Shown here piece by piece: positions 1 to 7,678 of a stretch of DNA of 64,000 nucleotides (position 1 is the stretch's first letter; the number at the start of each line of letters is the position of its first letter). Location: NCBI GenBank assembly GCA_029942545.1, contig GCA_029942545.1_4114.1; one strand, given 5' to 3'. The position numbers and the translations under genes were made by a program. This stretch comes from a phage. Below the pieces are notes generated by a model. It was not told where the DNA came from. It worked only from the letters and a program-made list of their open reading frames with translations, and ran no database searches.

Positions 1-25
1 TCTCCCCGATACTAGGAGAATCAAA

Positions 26-178
26 ATGAAACAATACAACGCTCGGTTTGATGTTACTATCGGCAACGGCAAAGGTCAATTTTCTTTCAGTACTCGTAGG
101 AGTTATACAGAAAACTTCCTGCGTAATTGTGCACTGACAGCCGCACAAATTAAACATTACTTTCAGGCTAAAAAATGA
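26..178 (+). CDS. small hypothetical protein (50 aa)
   Basis: ATG at 26 with AGGAG at 14-18; stop TGA 176-178; below ORF-track cutoff; overlaps next ORF by 4 nt (ATGA). Confidence 0.35.
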   Translation: MKQYNARFDVTIGNGKGQFSFSTRRSYTENFLRNCALTAAQIKHYFQAKK

Positions 179-264
179 AATCATTAGCTTATTACAGTTC
201 GGCCCTGGTCGGTGCATTGATCGCGGCATTGTTAGTAACCTATCTATTCTTTATGGTGATTTAA
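175..264 (+). CDS. small hydrophobic peptide (29 aa), possible membrane peptide
   Basis: ATG 175 overlapping upstream stop; translation MKSLAYYSSALVGALIAALLVTYLFFMVI; stop TAA 262-264. Confidence 0.25.
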   Translation: MKSLAYYSSALVGALIAALLVTYLFFMVI

Positions 265-402
265 ATGAATCCTAACGGTTTAATTTACAGTACTCCTAAA
301 ACGAAAGCAGATAAAGCGAAAGCACGTAAAGCGAAAGTAAAGGAGTACATCAAGCAAGGCATGACGCGAAAGGCGGCGATTCTGAAAGCTAAAAATAAAT
401 GA
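265..402 (+). CDS. small basic hypothetical protein (45 aa)
   Basis: ATG 265 directly after upstream stop; lysine-rich product; stop TGA 400-402. Confidence 0.3.
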   Translation: MNPNGLIYSTPKTKADKAKARKAKVKEYIKQGMTRKAAILKAKNK

Positions 403-605
403 AAAAGTGGTTGACTTCGGTCAGCCATTTTGCTATTATATATTCATTGAGAGATAGCTCACTAGCCCACAGGGTGCAGGAGTGTATCTATTGTATAATG
501 ATTGAGTACAGAAAACTATTTTAAAGTATTTGATAAAAAGTACTTGCATACTATCTCAATAGGCGTATAATGTTTTACATCGCAAGGGGAAACGGTTTCC
601 CCTGG
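401..605 (+). repeat. intergenic cassette R, copy 1 (terminator-like hairpin / promoter-like TTGACT-N17-TATTAT, conserved box AGCCCACAGGGTGCA, second promoter, 5' hairpin)
   Basis: A-run + hairpin TGGTTGAC/GTCAGCCA 408-427 + T-rich tract; box 464-478; near-identical copies at ~2091, 4096, 7238, 9163. Confidence 0.6.
544..571 (+). promoter_or_regulatory. sigma70-type promoter (TTGCAT-N16-TATAAT)
   Basis: -35 544-549, -10 566-571; followed by hairpin 586-602 and RBS AAGGAAA before ATG 623. Confidence 0.55.
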
Positions 606-622
606 TAATAAGGAAACGAATC

Positions 623-964
623 ATGACTATTGCAATTGCTCAATCTAACTTTGAAAACGAAATCATCGCTCAGGTACTGCGTTTAAATGATGGTCGGGCC
701 GAAATCAATTACGGTTTCAATAGTGGTGGATGTGAAAAATATCAGTACTTTATAACTGCTGATGGCGGTGTCCTGGGCATCAATACCGTTATTGTAAACA
801 TTCAGAAAATTAATTTCAATGATCCAGACGATAGCCAGTTTTACATCACGGGCGTAGACGTGAACTATGAGGATGACTCACTAACTGATGATCACACTGG
901 TGAGAAGTTAGAAAGTGCATACGGTGAAGATGATTATCAGTCCGGTCCAGAAGATTTCGAATAA
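623..964 (+). CDS. hypothetical protein (113 aa)
   Basis: ORF track; RBS AAGGAAA 6 nt upstream; own promoter and 5' hairpin. Confidence 0.7.
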   Translation: MTIAIAQSNFENEIIAQVLRLNDGRAEINYGFNSGGCEKYQYFITADGGVLGINTVIVNIQKINFNDPDDSQFYITGVDVNYEDDSLTDDHTGEKLESAYGEDDYQSGPEDFE

Positions 965-978
965 TATTAAAAAATAGT

Positions 979-1006
979 TTGACAATAGTTTTTAGTACTG
1001 TATAAT
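979..1006 (+). promoter_or_regulatory. sigma70-type early promoter (TTGACA-N16-TATAAT)
   Basis: -35 979-984, -10 1001-1006; AGTACTG in spacer; conserved TTTACAT downstream. Confidence 0.6.
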
Positions 1007-1018
1007 AGTTTACATGAA

Positions 1019-1038
1019 GGGGAGAAATGATTCTCCCC
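1019..1038 (+). other. conserved 5'-UTR hairpin (GGGGAGAA-ATGA-TTCTCCCC)
   Basis: perfect 8-bp inverted repeat just downstream of -10; recurs with compensatory changes before many early genes. Confidence 0.55.
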
Positions 1039-1056
1039 ACTAAGAGGAAAAACAAA

Positions 1057-1269
1057 ATGGCTAATATCCGCACTGTACTGAAAAATGCAAAACAAGTTTT
1101 ATTTTCTGATCATGAAAATTTCAACAAGGATATCACAGGTGTTCGGAATATCAAAGATGTAAAAAGTGTTATGGGTATCTATTGCAATATGAAACGTGTT
1201 GGCACGTTCGGCGATAAAGTACTATACCAGGCAGGGGATTACAATTTTACACTGACTATCATTAACTAA
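1057..1269 (+). CDS. hypothetical protein (70 aa)
   Basis: track ORF 1027 starts inside the hairpin loop; ATG 1057 has RBS AAGAGG upstream, so start moved. Confidence 0.6.
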   Translation: MANIRTVLKNAKQVLFSDHENFNKDITGVRNIKDVKSVMGIYCNMKRVGTFGDKVLYQAGDYNFTLTIIN

Positions 1270-1288
1270 AAATATTATCACAGTACTA

Positions 1289-1317
1289 TTGACAACGTTT
1301 GATAGTACTGGCATAAT
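1289..1317 (+). promoter_or_regulatory. sigma70-type promoter (TTGACA-N17-CATAAT)
   Basis: -35 1289-1294, -10 1312-1317. Confidence 0.55.
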
Positions 1318-1360
1318 AACTTTTATCAAGACAACGCATATTAATTTAAGGAATACTAAA

Positions 1361-1540
1361 ATGGCTATTATCGCAAAAACTGAAATCATCGGCCTGGATT
1401 CTATCATCATGACGTTTGAAGATCAAAAAGGGATGTATGTAGTTTCCTATGGTGATTATGTTCGGGAGTATGAAACGGTAGACGAAGCCTTTGAAAGTTA
1501 CATTCGCCAGGTGAATAAAGCATACGACGACTACCGCTAA
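1361..1540 (+). CDS. hypothetical protein (59 aa)
   Basis: in-frame ATG 1361 preceded by AAGGAA; track start 1289 lies in the promoter (non-ATG codon). Confidence 0.55.
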   Translation: MAIIAKTEIIGLDSIIMTFEDQKGMYVVSYGDYVREYETVDEAFESYIRQVNKAYDDYR

Positions 1541-1567
1541 AATATATTACCAGTACTATTAAATCTA

Positions 1568-1595
1568 TTGACAATGATTGATAGTACTGTATAAT
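1568..1595 (+). promoter_or_regulatory. sigma70-type promoter (TTGACA-N16-TATAAT)
   Basis: -35 1568-1573, -10 1590-1595. Confidence 0.6.
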
Positions 1596-1639
1596 AAGTT
1601 TTATAAACAGTAGTTAACTTAACCTAAGAGAGAAACAAA

Positions 1640-1783
1640 ATGATCGCACTGGATTCATTCATCGACGCAGTACTGGCAAAAACTGGCGAGGATCTGACCG
1701 CAGAACAATACGCGATGATCGAGCAATGCCAGCAAAACGGTAAATCGGTGAAAGATACTGTTAAGATTATCCGCAAGATGTAA
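1640..1783 (+). CDS. small hypothetical protein (47 aa)
   Basis: ATG 1640 with AGAGAGAAA upstream; stop TAA 1781-1783; followed by hairpin terminator. Confidence 0.45.
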   Translation: MIALDSFIDAVLAKTGEDLTAEQYAMIEQCQQNGKSVKDTVKIIRKM

Positions 1784-1790
1784 GAATATA

Positions 1791-1820
1791 GCCCACTGGT
1801 TAACGCTGGTGGGCTTTAAT
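1791..1820 (+). terminator. putative intrinsic terminator
   Basis: GCCCAC...GTGGGC stem followed by TTTAATCATTT. Confidence 0.45.
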
Positions 1821-1888
1821 CATTTACCCTATACAATGCCAGTACTAAACCGTTTAACTCGTTAGAATGCATTACAGGACGTTTAACA

Positions 1889-2086
1889 ATGATTAGCATG
1901 AAATCAGTACAAAAACAAATTGATACATTATCAAAAATTAAACGTAAACAGTACTCATTAGAATATACAATCAATGGTAACTATCATCTAATGAAAGAAA
2001 ATAATTTTATAGTCATTGATGAATCATTGCAGATCATTAGTATAGTACTGAAAGCATTAATCAATGACAGAAAAAAGTTAAAATAA
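1889..2086 (+). CDS. hypothetical protein (65 aa)
   Basis: ORF track; weak RBS. Confidence 0.4.
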   Translation: MISMKSVQKQIDTLSKIKRKQYSLEYTINGNYHLMKENNFIVIDESLQIISIVLKALINDRKKLK

Positions 2087-2090
2087 TCTA

Positions 2091-2234
2091 TTGACAAATT
2101 ATGCCAGTACTGGCATAATACTTACATCAAGACGAGAACGTCACTAACCCATAGGGTGCACAAATGTAGCTGTCTAATATTGATCAAAAAATGATCTGAT
2201 CAATACTTGATCAATTTGCGTAAAGTAGTATAAT
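2091..2234 (+). repeat. intergenic cassette R, copy 2 (variant: promoter TTGACA-N17-CATAAT, box AACCCATAGGGTGCA, GATC cluster, second promoter TTGATC-N16-TATAAT)
   Basis: box 2146-2160; four GATC within 2182-2212; second promoter 2207-2234. Confidence 0.5.
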
Positions 2235-2417
2235 TCTATGCAGTTGGTTAGACGAAAGGTTATGATTAGTAGTGGAAGTGTATAAAAATTTTCATGGTGT
2301 GGTGATCCGCACATATGGGGATGAATATGTCGTGTCGTATGGATTGGAAAAAGTAAGAACAAGTAATATACTTGTCGCGTTACAGTACTATAGTATTTTT
2401 ATAATGAGGTTAAAATA

Positions 2418-2675
2418 ATGGCTGTAGGATTCACGAAAGATGGGGCCGAGCAAGACGAGATTAACGCAGTGATTCAGGCCGCTGTTAACCACGCTAGAAC
2501 GCAAATTAACGCACAAATAGAATCACTGATACATTGCCTCGACTGCGGCGATAAAATCCCTGAGAATCGCCGCCAGGCAGTTAAGGGGTGTAAGTACTGC
2601 ATCACTTGCCAGGCTGATCATGATAGCATATTCAAACGCAATCCCCGTAATTGTTGGCATAGATCTATGAGATAA
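2418..2675 (+). CDS. DksA/TraR-family C4 zinc-finger protein
   Basis: CLDCGDKIPENRRQAVKGCKYCITCQ matches the TraR pattern Cx2C-N17-Cx2C with conserved IPExRR; RBS GAGG. Confidence 0.75.
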   Translation: MAVGFTKDGAEQDEINAVIQAAVNHARTQINAQIESLIHCLDCGDKIPENRRQAVKGCKYCITCQADHDSIFKRNPRNCWHRSMR

Positions 2676-2681
2676 AAAGTA

Positions 2682-2709
2682 TTGACAGTGCTGTTAGTTA
2701 GTGTATAAT
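2682..2709 (+). promoter_or_regulatory. sigma70-type promoter (TTGACA-N16-TATAAT)
   Basis: -35 2682-2687, -10 2704-2709. Confidence 0.55.
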
Positions 2710-2738
2710 ATTTTATATCTTAACTGAGGATTGAAATC

Positions 2739-3095
2739 ATGGGTATACAACATATCACGCGTACTACTGACAATGGTGAAATCACTGGTTATCAAGTACA
2801 AGGCAAAGTAGCACAATTGCAGTACTGGTTTGTTAAACGTGGCATTGTCGCACCAGATCTTGATTATGATCGTGTAGCGTTTATTGATTCTCTTTATGTT
2901 GATCCCGATAATCGCGGTAACGGTGAAGGTACTGAATTAATGAATGCCTTTATTGATGCCGCCGATGATTCAGATTGTATCATCTTAGAATGCGATACGG
3001 GAGAAGATAACGCATTTAATCTTAAAGAATGGTATGAAAGTTTTGGTTTTGAAGTACTGATGGACTGCGAATATCCTATAATGATTTTATCCTAG
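2739..3095 (+). CDS. GNAT-like N-acetyltransferase (small)
   Basis: LYVDPDNRGNGEGTELMNAFI fits GNAT motif A (R-x-x-G-x-G after a beta strand); RBS GAGGA. Confidence 0.55.
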   Translation: MGIQHITRTTDNGEITGYQVQGKVAQLQYWFVKRGIVAPDLDYDRVAFIDSLYVDPDNRGNGEGTELMNAFIDAADDSDCIILECDTGEDNAFNLKEWYESFGFEVLMDCEYPIMILS

Positions 3096-3098
3096 TAC

Positions 3099-3126
3099 TT
3101 GCAATTAGTTTTAAGTACTGTATAAT
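3099..3126 (+). promoter_or_regulatory. sigma70-type promoter (TTGCAA-N16-TATAAT)
   Basis: -35 3099-3104, -10 3121-3126; hairpin 3139-3157 follows. Confidence 0.55.
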
Positions 3127-3174
3127 AGTTTACATGAAGGGGAGAATAGTTCTCCCCACTACAAGGAAAGACAA

Positions 3175-3363
3175 ATGCAAAACTTATCAAGTATTTTAGT
3201 ACAAGATGATTTCGGTAATCCTGGAAGTGCTATCATTGTTCGGGGCAATAAGGCAACGTTTGTTATTGCTGGTGGACCTGTACAGCGTAGCATTAAAAAC
3301 AATGCAGTTACAATCAATAATGTTCGCTATCGCTTAGATAAAGAATTGATTCATAAACTTTAA
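3175..3363 (+). CDS. hypothetical protein (62 aa)
   Basis: ORF track; promoter + GGGGAGAA hairpin + RBS AAGGAAAG upstream. Confidence 0.6.
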   Translation: MQNLSSILVQDDFGNPGSAIIVRGNKATFVIAGGPVQRSIKNNAVTINNVRYRLDKELIHKL

Positions 3364-3371
3364 AAAAGTAT

Positions 3372-3399
3372 TTGACAAAGCATTATAGTACTGTATAAT
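3372..3399 (+). promoter_or_regulatory. sigma70-type promoter (TTGACA-N16-TATAAT)
   Basis: -35 3372-3377, -10 3394-3399; hairpin 3412-3431. Confidence 0.6.
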
Positions 3400-3448
3400 A
3401 GTTTACATGAAGGGGAGAAATGATTCTCCCCACTAAGAGGAAAGAAAC

Positions 3449-3661
3449 ATGCAAGGTCAACTAATCGTTCGTAAATGGTCTGATACTAACGAAAAACCGT
3501 GGGATGTTCAATATATCGGACCGGACGGTGTTTCACGTTATCAACCTGGCGTAACGCATAGTACTGAGCAATATGCCGCCGCTCACCGTGAACGCCTGTT
3601 AGAATCTATGAAACAGGGATTCTGTGAAAAATTCATTCAAGATCATTGGCTGAAAGATTAA
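3449..3661 (+). CDS. hypothetical protein (70 aa)
   Basis: ORF track; RBS AAGAGGAAAG. Confidence 0.6.
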   Translation: MQGQLIVRKWSDTNEKPWDVQYIGPDGVSRYQPGVTHSTEQYAAAHRERLLESMKQGFCEKFIQDHWLKD

Positions 3662-3678
3662 TAGAAGGAGTACAGCTT

Positions 3679-3771
3679 ATGCAAATGAATCCGATGATTA
3701 TTGTTTTAGCTGTACTTATGAACATTCATGCAATAGTAGAAGTATTAACGCAATCAGGAGTAATAAAATGA
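3679..3771 (+). CDS. small hydrophobic peptide (30 aa)
   Basis: RBS AGAAGGAG 8 nt upstream of ATG 3679; below track cutoff. Confidence 0.3.
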   Translation: MQMNPMIIVLAVLMNIHAIVEVLTQSGVIK

Positions 3772-3941
3772 TCCAAGTAGAATTATCAGTACTGAAAGAT
3801 CTGTTTTATCGGTTAGGTACTAATGGCGAGTATCCTAAAAGTGATACCGCAAAACTTTTTGTATCACTCGACTTATGGCAACGCGAACAATTAGTAATGT
3901 CCTGGCGTAAAGGTAAAGCAGATAGCGAGGTGAAAGCATGA
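3768..3941 (+). CDS. small hypothetical protein (57 aa)
   Basis: ATGA overlap with upstream ORF; contains RLGTNGEY, reminiscent of the family A motif. Confidence 0.4.
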   Translation: MIQVELSVLKDLFYRLGTNGEYPKSDTAKLFVSLDLWQREQLVMSWRKGKADSEVKA

Positions 3942-4087
3942 AAGAATTCTTATTCGAAGTAGTGTTTCAAGGTGTCGGTAGCAACCAACTGATTCGCTCA
4001 AGTGGTTACAATGTTAACCAGGCATGGAATAACATTAAACAAATGTACCCGAACGCTATCACCTATCGCAACCCGAAACAAGTTTAA
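3938..4087 (+). CDS. small hypothetical protein (49 aa)
   Basis: ATGA overlap; stop TAA 4085-4087; followed by cassette R copy 3. Confidence 0.4.
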   Translation: MKEFLFEVVFQGVGSNQLIRSSGYNVNQAWNNIKQMYPNAITYRNPKQV

Positions 4088-4095
4088 AAATAATT

Positions 4096-4263
4096 GAAAA
4101 AGGGATTGACTCCGGTCAGTCCCTTTGCTATTATATACGCATAGAAACAAATCAGCCCACAGGGTGCATAAATGTATCTATTATATGCTGGTGGCTAGTA
4201 CTATCAAGTACTGAAAACTATTTTATAAAAAGTACTTGCAAAGTATCACGATAAGCGTATAAT
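4096..4263 (+). repeat. intergenic cassette R, copy 3
   Basis: hairpin GGGATTGAC-TCCG-GTCAGTCCC 4102-4123 + T-rich; box AGCCCACAGGGTGCA 4154-4168; promoter TTGCAA-N16-TATAAT 4236-4263. Confidence 0.6.
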
Positions 4264-4351
4264 GTTTTACATCAGGACGGGGAACGAAATAAGTAACCCC
4301 GTTAAGTAGTCCAGGAGTAAGACATACGAAAACCTCCCCTGATAAAATAGT

Positions 4352-4379
4352 TTGACAATAGAAATTAAACGAGTATAAT
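4352..4379 (+). promoter_or_regulatory. sigma70-type promoter (TTGACA-N16-TATAAT)
   Basis: -35 4352-4357, -10 4374-4379. Confidence 0.55.
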
Positions 4380-4409
4380 ACTTACATCAACCACAAAGAG
4401 GAATACAAA

Positions 4410-4610
4410 ATGAAACATTTTACTTTCGGTGTAGTAGGCTTTACAGTATCCAGCGGCGTTTATAAATCAGAACGCGGTGCTAAAAATGCAGCAAGTCGGG
4501 CGTATGGTTCACAGCGTGACTTACAGGTCGGTTATATTAGTAACATTAATAACATGTTTATTCCTGTTGCACAGCGTAAAGCGGGTAACATGAAATGGGA
4601 AACAATTTGA
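4410..4610 (+). CDS. hypothetical protein (66 aa)
   Basis: ORF track; RBS AAGAGGAA. Confidence 0.6.
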   Translation: MKHFTFGVVGFTVSSGVYKSERGAKNAASRAYGSQRDLQVGYISNINNMFIPVAQRKAGNMKWETI

Positions 4611-4619
4611 TAAAATAGT

Positions 4620-4647
4620 TTGACAATAGTTTTTAGTACTGTATAAT
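4620..4647 (+). promoter_or_regulatory. sigma70-type promoter (TTGACA-N16-TATAAT)
   Basis: near-identical to promoter 979-1006. Confidence 0.6.
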
Positions 4648-4677
4648 AGTTTACATCTTAATTAATAAGGAAACATC

Positions 4678-4812
4678 ATGAAAGCAGCAAACAACACTAA
4701 AAAAGCAACCAATCCCCTGGCTGGCTGGAAGTTAGATTTATCCGATGAAGTGGTTTGCACAAATCGTAATGTAGTTGAAGCTGAAAAGAAATTACGAAAA
4801 GAAAACAAATAA
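4678..4812 (+). CDS. small hypothetical protein (44 aa)
   Basis: RBS TAAGGAAA before ATG 4678; promoter upstream; the overlapping minus-strand track ORF 4662-4988 is rejected. Confidence 0.4.
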   Translation: MKAANNTKKATNPLAGWKLDLSDEVVCTNRNVVEAEKKLRKENK

Positions 4813-4815
4813 GTA

Positions 4816-4843
4816 TTGACAAAGTATCTTAGTACTGTATAAT
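4816..4843 (+). promoter_or_regulatory. sigma70-type promoter (TTGACA-N16-TATAAT)
   Basis: -35 4816-4821, -10 4838-4843; hairpin GAGGGGAA/TTCCCCTC 4858-4876. Confidence 0.6.
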
Positions 4844-4899
4844 AGTTTACATCAAGTGAGGGGAATGGTTCCCCTCCTAACAAAAAGAGAGAAATTAAA

Positions 4900-5223
4900 A
4901 TGACTATGTTCCTTACCCAGAAAGTAGAAATGAAAATTGTAACTTCCTTTGACATTAAAGTTAATCGGTGGACTGATAGCCACGGCAATACTTACCACTC
5001 ATGCTACGTGTCTGCATTGATTGGTGACCGCTGGGAAGACCTGGGACATGAAACCTTTACTTACGGTTACGGTACACAAGGCGAATACACGGGCTTGGAG
5101 ATCATTAAAGAAACCGTTATAGGTTTCAACCCGAAAGAGAAAGTACTACACAGAATTGAGAAAGAGATCAACAAAGAAATTACAGTTCGATACTACGATG
5201 TAAAACGTAAGAAAGACATGTAA
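4900..5223 (+). CDS. hypothetical protein (107 aa)
   Basis: ORF track; RBS AAGAGAGAAA. Confidence 0.6.
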   Translation: MTMFLTQKVEMKIVTSFDIKVNRWTDSHGNTYHSCYVSALIGDRWEDLGHETFTYGYGTQGEYTGLEIIKETVIGFNPKEKVLHRIEKEINKEITVRYYDVKRKKDM

Positions 5224-5245
5224 TAGAATCCATTTAAAGTACTAT

Positions 5246-5274
5246 TTGACATTGCCCAGATAGTACTTTATAAT
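5246..5274 (+). promoter_or_regulatory. sigma70-type promoter (TTGACA-N17-TATAAT)
   Basis: -35 5246-5251, -10 5269-5274. Confidence 0.55.
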
Positions 5275-5322
5275 AGACTCTAACTTGTAGTACTAATTAA
5301 CTTAACTAATAGGATGTACACC

Positions 5323-5718
5323 ATGATTACTAAATTCTTCGCTACCCGTGAACAAGCTCGCATCGTTGCCCGTGAAGAAGGTGAAACATTTAAAGACATG
5401 GGCAAAGATGCACCGAAAGGACAACGCTGGGCGGTACAGTTCAAAGAGATCTCTGATATTGTGAATTCACCTGAGCCTGTACTTACAGCAGCAGAACTAA
5501 AGCAAGCTCAAGAACTGGCTGAAGTACTGAACGCTCAAGATGACTTTTTGAAAGGTTCTGATATTGAAGTTACAGTTAACGCAAATGCATGGACTCACGC
5601 GGATCACCTGGCAAACCTTAAGCGTCCAAGTGAACTGATTCGTAACCAGAAAGAGATCCGTCATGACCGTAAAGGAAACCGTGTAACAGTATACAGTAAA
5701 CGCCGCCAGGTTATCTAA
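5323..5718 (+). CDS. hypothetical protein (131 aa)
   Basis: AGGA 5311-5314 is 8 nt upstream of ATG 5323; track ATG 5314 sits too close to the RBS; alternative start 5314. Confidence 0.6.
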   Translation: MITKFFATREQARIVAREEGETFKDMGKDAPKGQRWAVQFKEISDIVNSPEPVLTAAELKQAQELAEVLNAQDDFLKGSDIEVTVNANAWTHADHLANLKRPSELIRNQKEIRHDRKGNRVTVYSKRRQVI

Positions 5719-5741
5719 TAACTTTGCAGTACTAACAACAC

Positions 5742-5766
5742 GGCGGGAACTATTCCCGCCTTTTTT
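5742..5766 (+). terminator. intrinsic terminator
   Basis: GGCGGGAA-CTA-TTCCCGCC followed by TTTTTT. Confidence 0.8.
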
Positions 5767-5780
5767 ATAGGATAAACAAA

Positions 5781-6035
5781 ATGATTAAGGTTCAACTATC
5801 AAACGATAATGTATTACGGGTACACTATAAAGCCCCACAGAGAATCATCACAAAGGCCGTACAGCTTGCTAATGAGTTTATTAATGGTAGTCTATTGCCT
5901 AGGAAGTTAAGCAACGGGAAACTACGTGTTATCGATGTAGACACTAACAATAGAATAGTGATCGAGAGTACTGGAAAAATTAATCTATATGAACACCAAC
6001 AATACAATAAAAAAATAAAACTAATATCACGTTGA
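5781..6035 (+). CDS. hypothetical protein (84 aa)
   Basis: ORF track; weak RBS. Confidence 0.45.
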   Translation: MIKVQLSNDNVLRVHYKAPQRIITKAVQLANEFINGSLLPRKLSNGKLRVIDVDTNNRIVIESTGKINLYEHQQYNKKIKLISR

Positions 6036-6060
6036 CAGTACTCAAATGTTTTAGTATTAT
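6032..6060 (+). promoter_or_regulatory. sigma70-type promoter (TTGACA-N17-TATTAT)
   Basis: -35 6032-6037, -10 6055-6060. Confidence 0.55.
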
Positions 6061-6093
6061 GTATCTATACCAACACAGAGAGAGAGAAACAAA

Positions 6094-6312
6094 ATGAAAT
6101 TATCTAAAATCGAAAAGAAAACTATTGATGAAGCAGTGAAGCACGGTTATACCTTTCGTAATGATTCACACTTCACTAGTTTTCAACAGGGAAACCGTAC
6201 CATCAAAAAACTCATTGATAAAGGTTTACTCACTAAGGTTGATAACGGGAACGGTGTAGAATATCAACCGACAGAAGACGCATTATCACTAAAGAAATAT
6301 TCTATTATCTAA
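6094..6312 (+). CDS. hypothetical protein (72 aa)
   Basis: ORF track; leader duplicated before the next gene. Confidence 0.55.
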   Translation: MKLSKIEKKTIDEAVKHGYTFRNDSHFTSFQQGNRTIKKLIDKGLLTKVDNGNGVEYQPTEDALSLKKYSII

Positions 6313-6341
6313 TTGACAGTACTCAAATGTTTTAGTACTAT
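6313..6341 (+). promoter_or_regulatory. sigma70-type promoter (TTGACA-N17-TACTAT), duplicate of 6032-6060
   Basis: same 17-nt spacer GTACTCAAATGTTTTAG as the upstream promoter. Confidence 0.5.
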
Positions 6342-6369
6342 GAATGCATACCAACACGGGGAAAACAAA

Positions 6370-6597
6370 ATGATTACTTTAGAAAAACGTATCAAAGAGA
6401 CTACCACGCTGGTGGAACTGTTAACCGTTCTTAAATGCCGGGTAACTCCATTCAGTACACCGGACTTTATCAACATGGTGGACGTTAACGGTCGCTATCG
6501 TATTGCGGTCGAACAAGGTACGGCAAAAGTATTCAGTACTAAAAATACGCGTGAAGTATTCCACGCAGTTCAAGTAAAAAAAAGTAGTTGCCATTGA
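6370..6597 (+). CDS. hypothetical protein (75 aa)
   Basis: ATG 6370 with leader CGGGGAAAACAAA; track start 6313 lies inside the promoter. Confidence 0.55.
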   Translation: MITLEKRIKETTTLVELLTVLKCRVTPFSTPDFINMVDVNGRYRIAVEQGTAKVFSTKNTREVFHAVQVKKSSCH

Positions 6598-6644
6598 TAG
6601 TAAAGTACTGTAATATAGTTTCATTAACTCAAGGAGTCAACACA

Positions 6645-7229
6645 ATGCGTAACTATACTAAATTCATCCGTTCACTTCATGCAATGGAAACCAACAAAGA
6701 GATCCTTTCAGCTTGTCGGTTAGCTGGACTGGAGATCGTCGGTGCGGGTTCTTCCCGTATTGTATTCGCTTTAAATGATCGGTTAGTGATTAAGGTCGCG
6801 AATTGTGATGCGGGTGTAGAACAAAATGAAACTGAATGTAAGGTATGGAATTTTTTAGATTATGACCGTCCGCACCTTAAACAGTTCTTTGCTAAAGTGC
6901 ATATGCATTTATGCGATCCTGATAATCTGTTTATTGTTATGGATCGTTTGAGTACTGCAAGCAAAGGCAGTGTAAAGCATGTAAACGCGTGCAATGAGTT
7001 AAAGTACAATATTAAACGTAACACTATTGAACGCCATCACCATTTCGCTGATGCTCTCAATCACGTTGATGATACATTATCCACACTAACGATAAGAGAT
7101 ATCAGAAAACAGAATATCGGCCAGGATCGCAACGGCTTGATTAAAGTACTTGATTACGGTTTAACCCGCAATATCTGGAATCAGTACTATAAAAAACGTG
7201 ATGTTAATGCGATAACTATAACACGATAA
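6645..7229 (+). CDS. protein-kinase-like protein (putative Ser/Thr kinase)
   Basis: Gly-rich loop IVGAGSSRIVF, VIKV lysine, catalytic-loop-like RDIRKQNIG, DYG in place of DFG; RBS AAGGAG before ATG 6645. Confidence 0.55.
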   Translation: MRNYTKFIRSLHAMETNKEILSACRLAGLEIVGAGSSRIVFALNDRLVIKVANCDAGVEQNETECKVWNFLDYDRPHLKQFFAKVHMHLCDPDNLFIVMDRLSTASKGSVKHVNACNELKYNIKRNTIERHHHFADALNHVDDTLSTLTIRDIRKQNIGQDRNGLIKVLDYGLTRNIWNQYYKKRDVNAITITR

Positions 7230-7237
7230 AAAAGATT

Positions 7238-7398
7238 AAAAAAGGGATTGACTCCAGTCAGTCCCTTTGCTATTATATATTCATTGAGAGATAACTCACT
7301 GACCCATAGGGTGCGGAAGTGTATCTATTATATAAGTATTCAGTACTGAAAACTATTTGATAAAAAGTACTTGCAAACTATCTCAATGAGCGTATAAT
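7238..7398 (+). repeat. intergenic cassette R, copy 4
   Basis: hairpin GGGATTGAC-TCCA-GTCAGTCCC 7244-7265; box ACCCATAGGGTGC 7302-7314; promoter TTGCAA-N16-TATAAT 7371-7398. Confidence 0.6.
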
Positions 7399-7453
7399 GT
7401 TTTATATCGAGAGGGGGAAATGGTTCTCCCTGGTACTAAAAGGAATCAAGACG

Positions 7454-7675
7454 ATGACTACTATGACCTGCGTTCACGCTTCAAATCTTCTGAATGATGC
7501 AGCATTTAAAGCAGGTGAAGAATATCAATGCTATCGGGATGAAAATAAAAAAGTTTTCGTCGTTGATGCTAACGGTTTCCATATTGAATTACAATCCGGC
7601 TTCACTGGTGTTGATGGTAAATCAGTATGGGGCGTACAGGATGATAACGGTACATATCATTTTAAACGTAATTAA
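7454..7675 (+). CDS. hypothetical protein (73 aa)
   Basis: ATG 7454 preceded by AAAGGAA; track start 7397 is upstream, before the leader hairpin. Confidence 0.55.
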   Translation: MTTMTCVHASNLLNDAAFKAGEEYQCYRDENKKVFVVDANGFHIELQSGFTGVDGKSVWGVQDDNGTYHFKRN

Positions 7676-7678
7676 GTA

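Noticed and set aside
411-440. Calling the TTGACT-N17-TATTAT string in cassette R copies simply a promoter
   Set aside because: The same bases form the loop and 3' arm of a hairpin followed by a T-rich tract just after a stop codon, so terminator function is at least as likely; annotated as a dual or ambiguous element.
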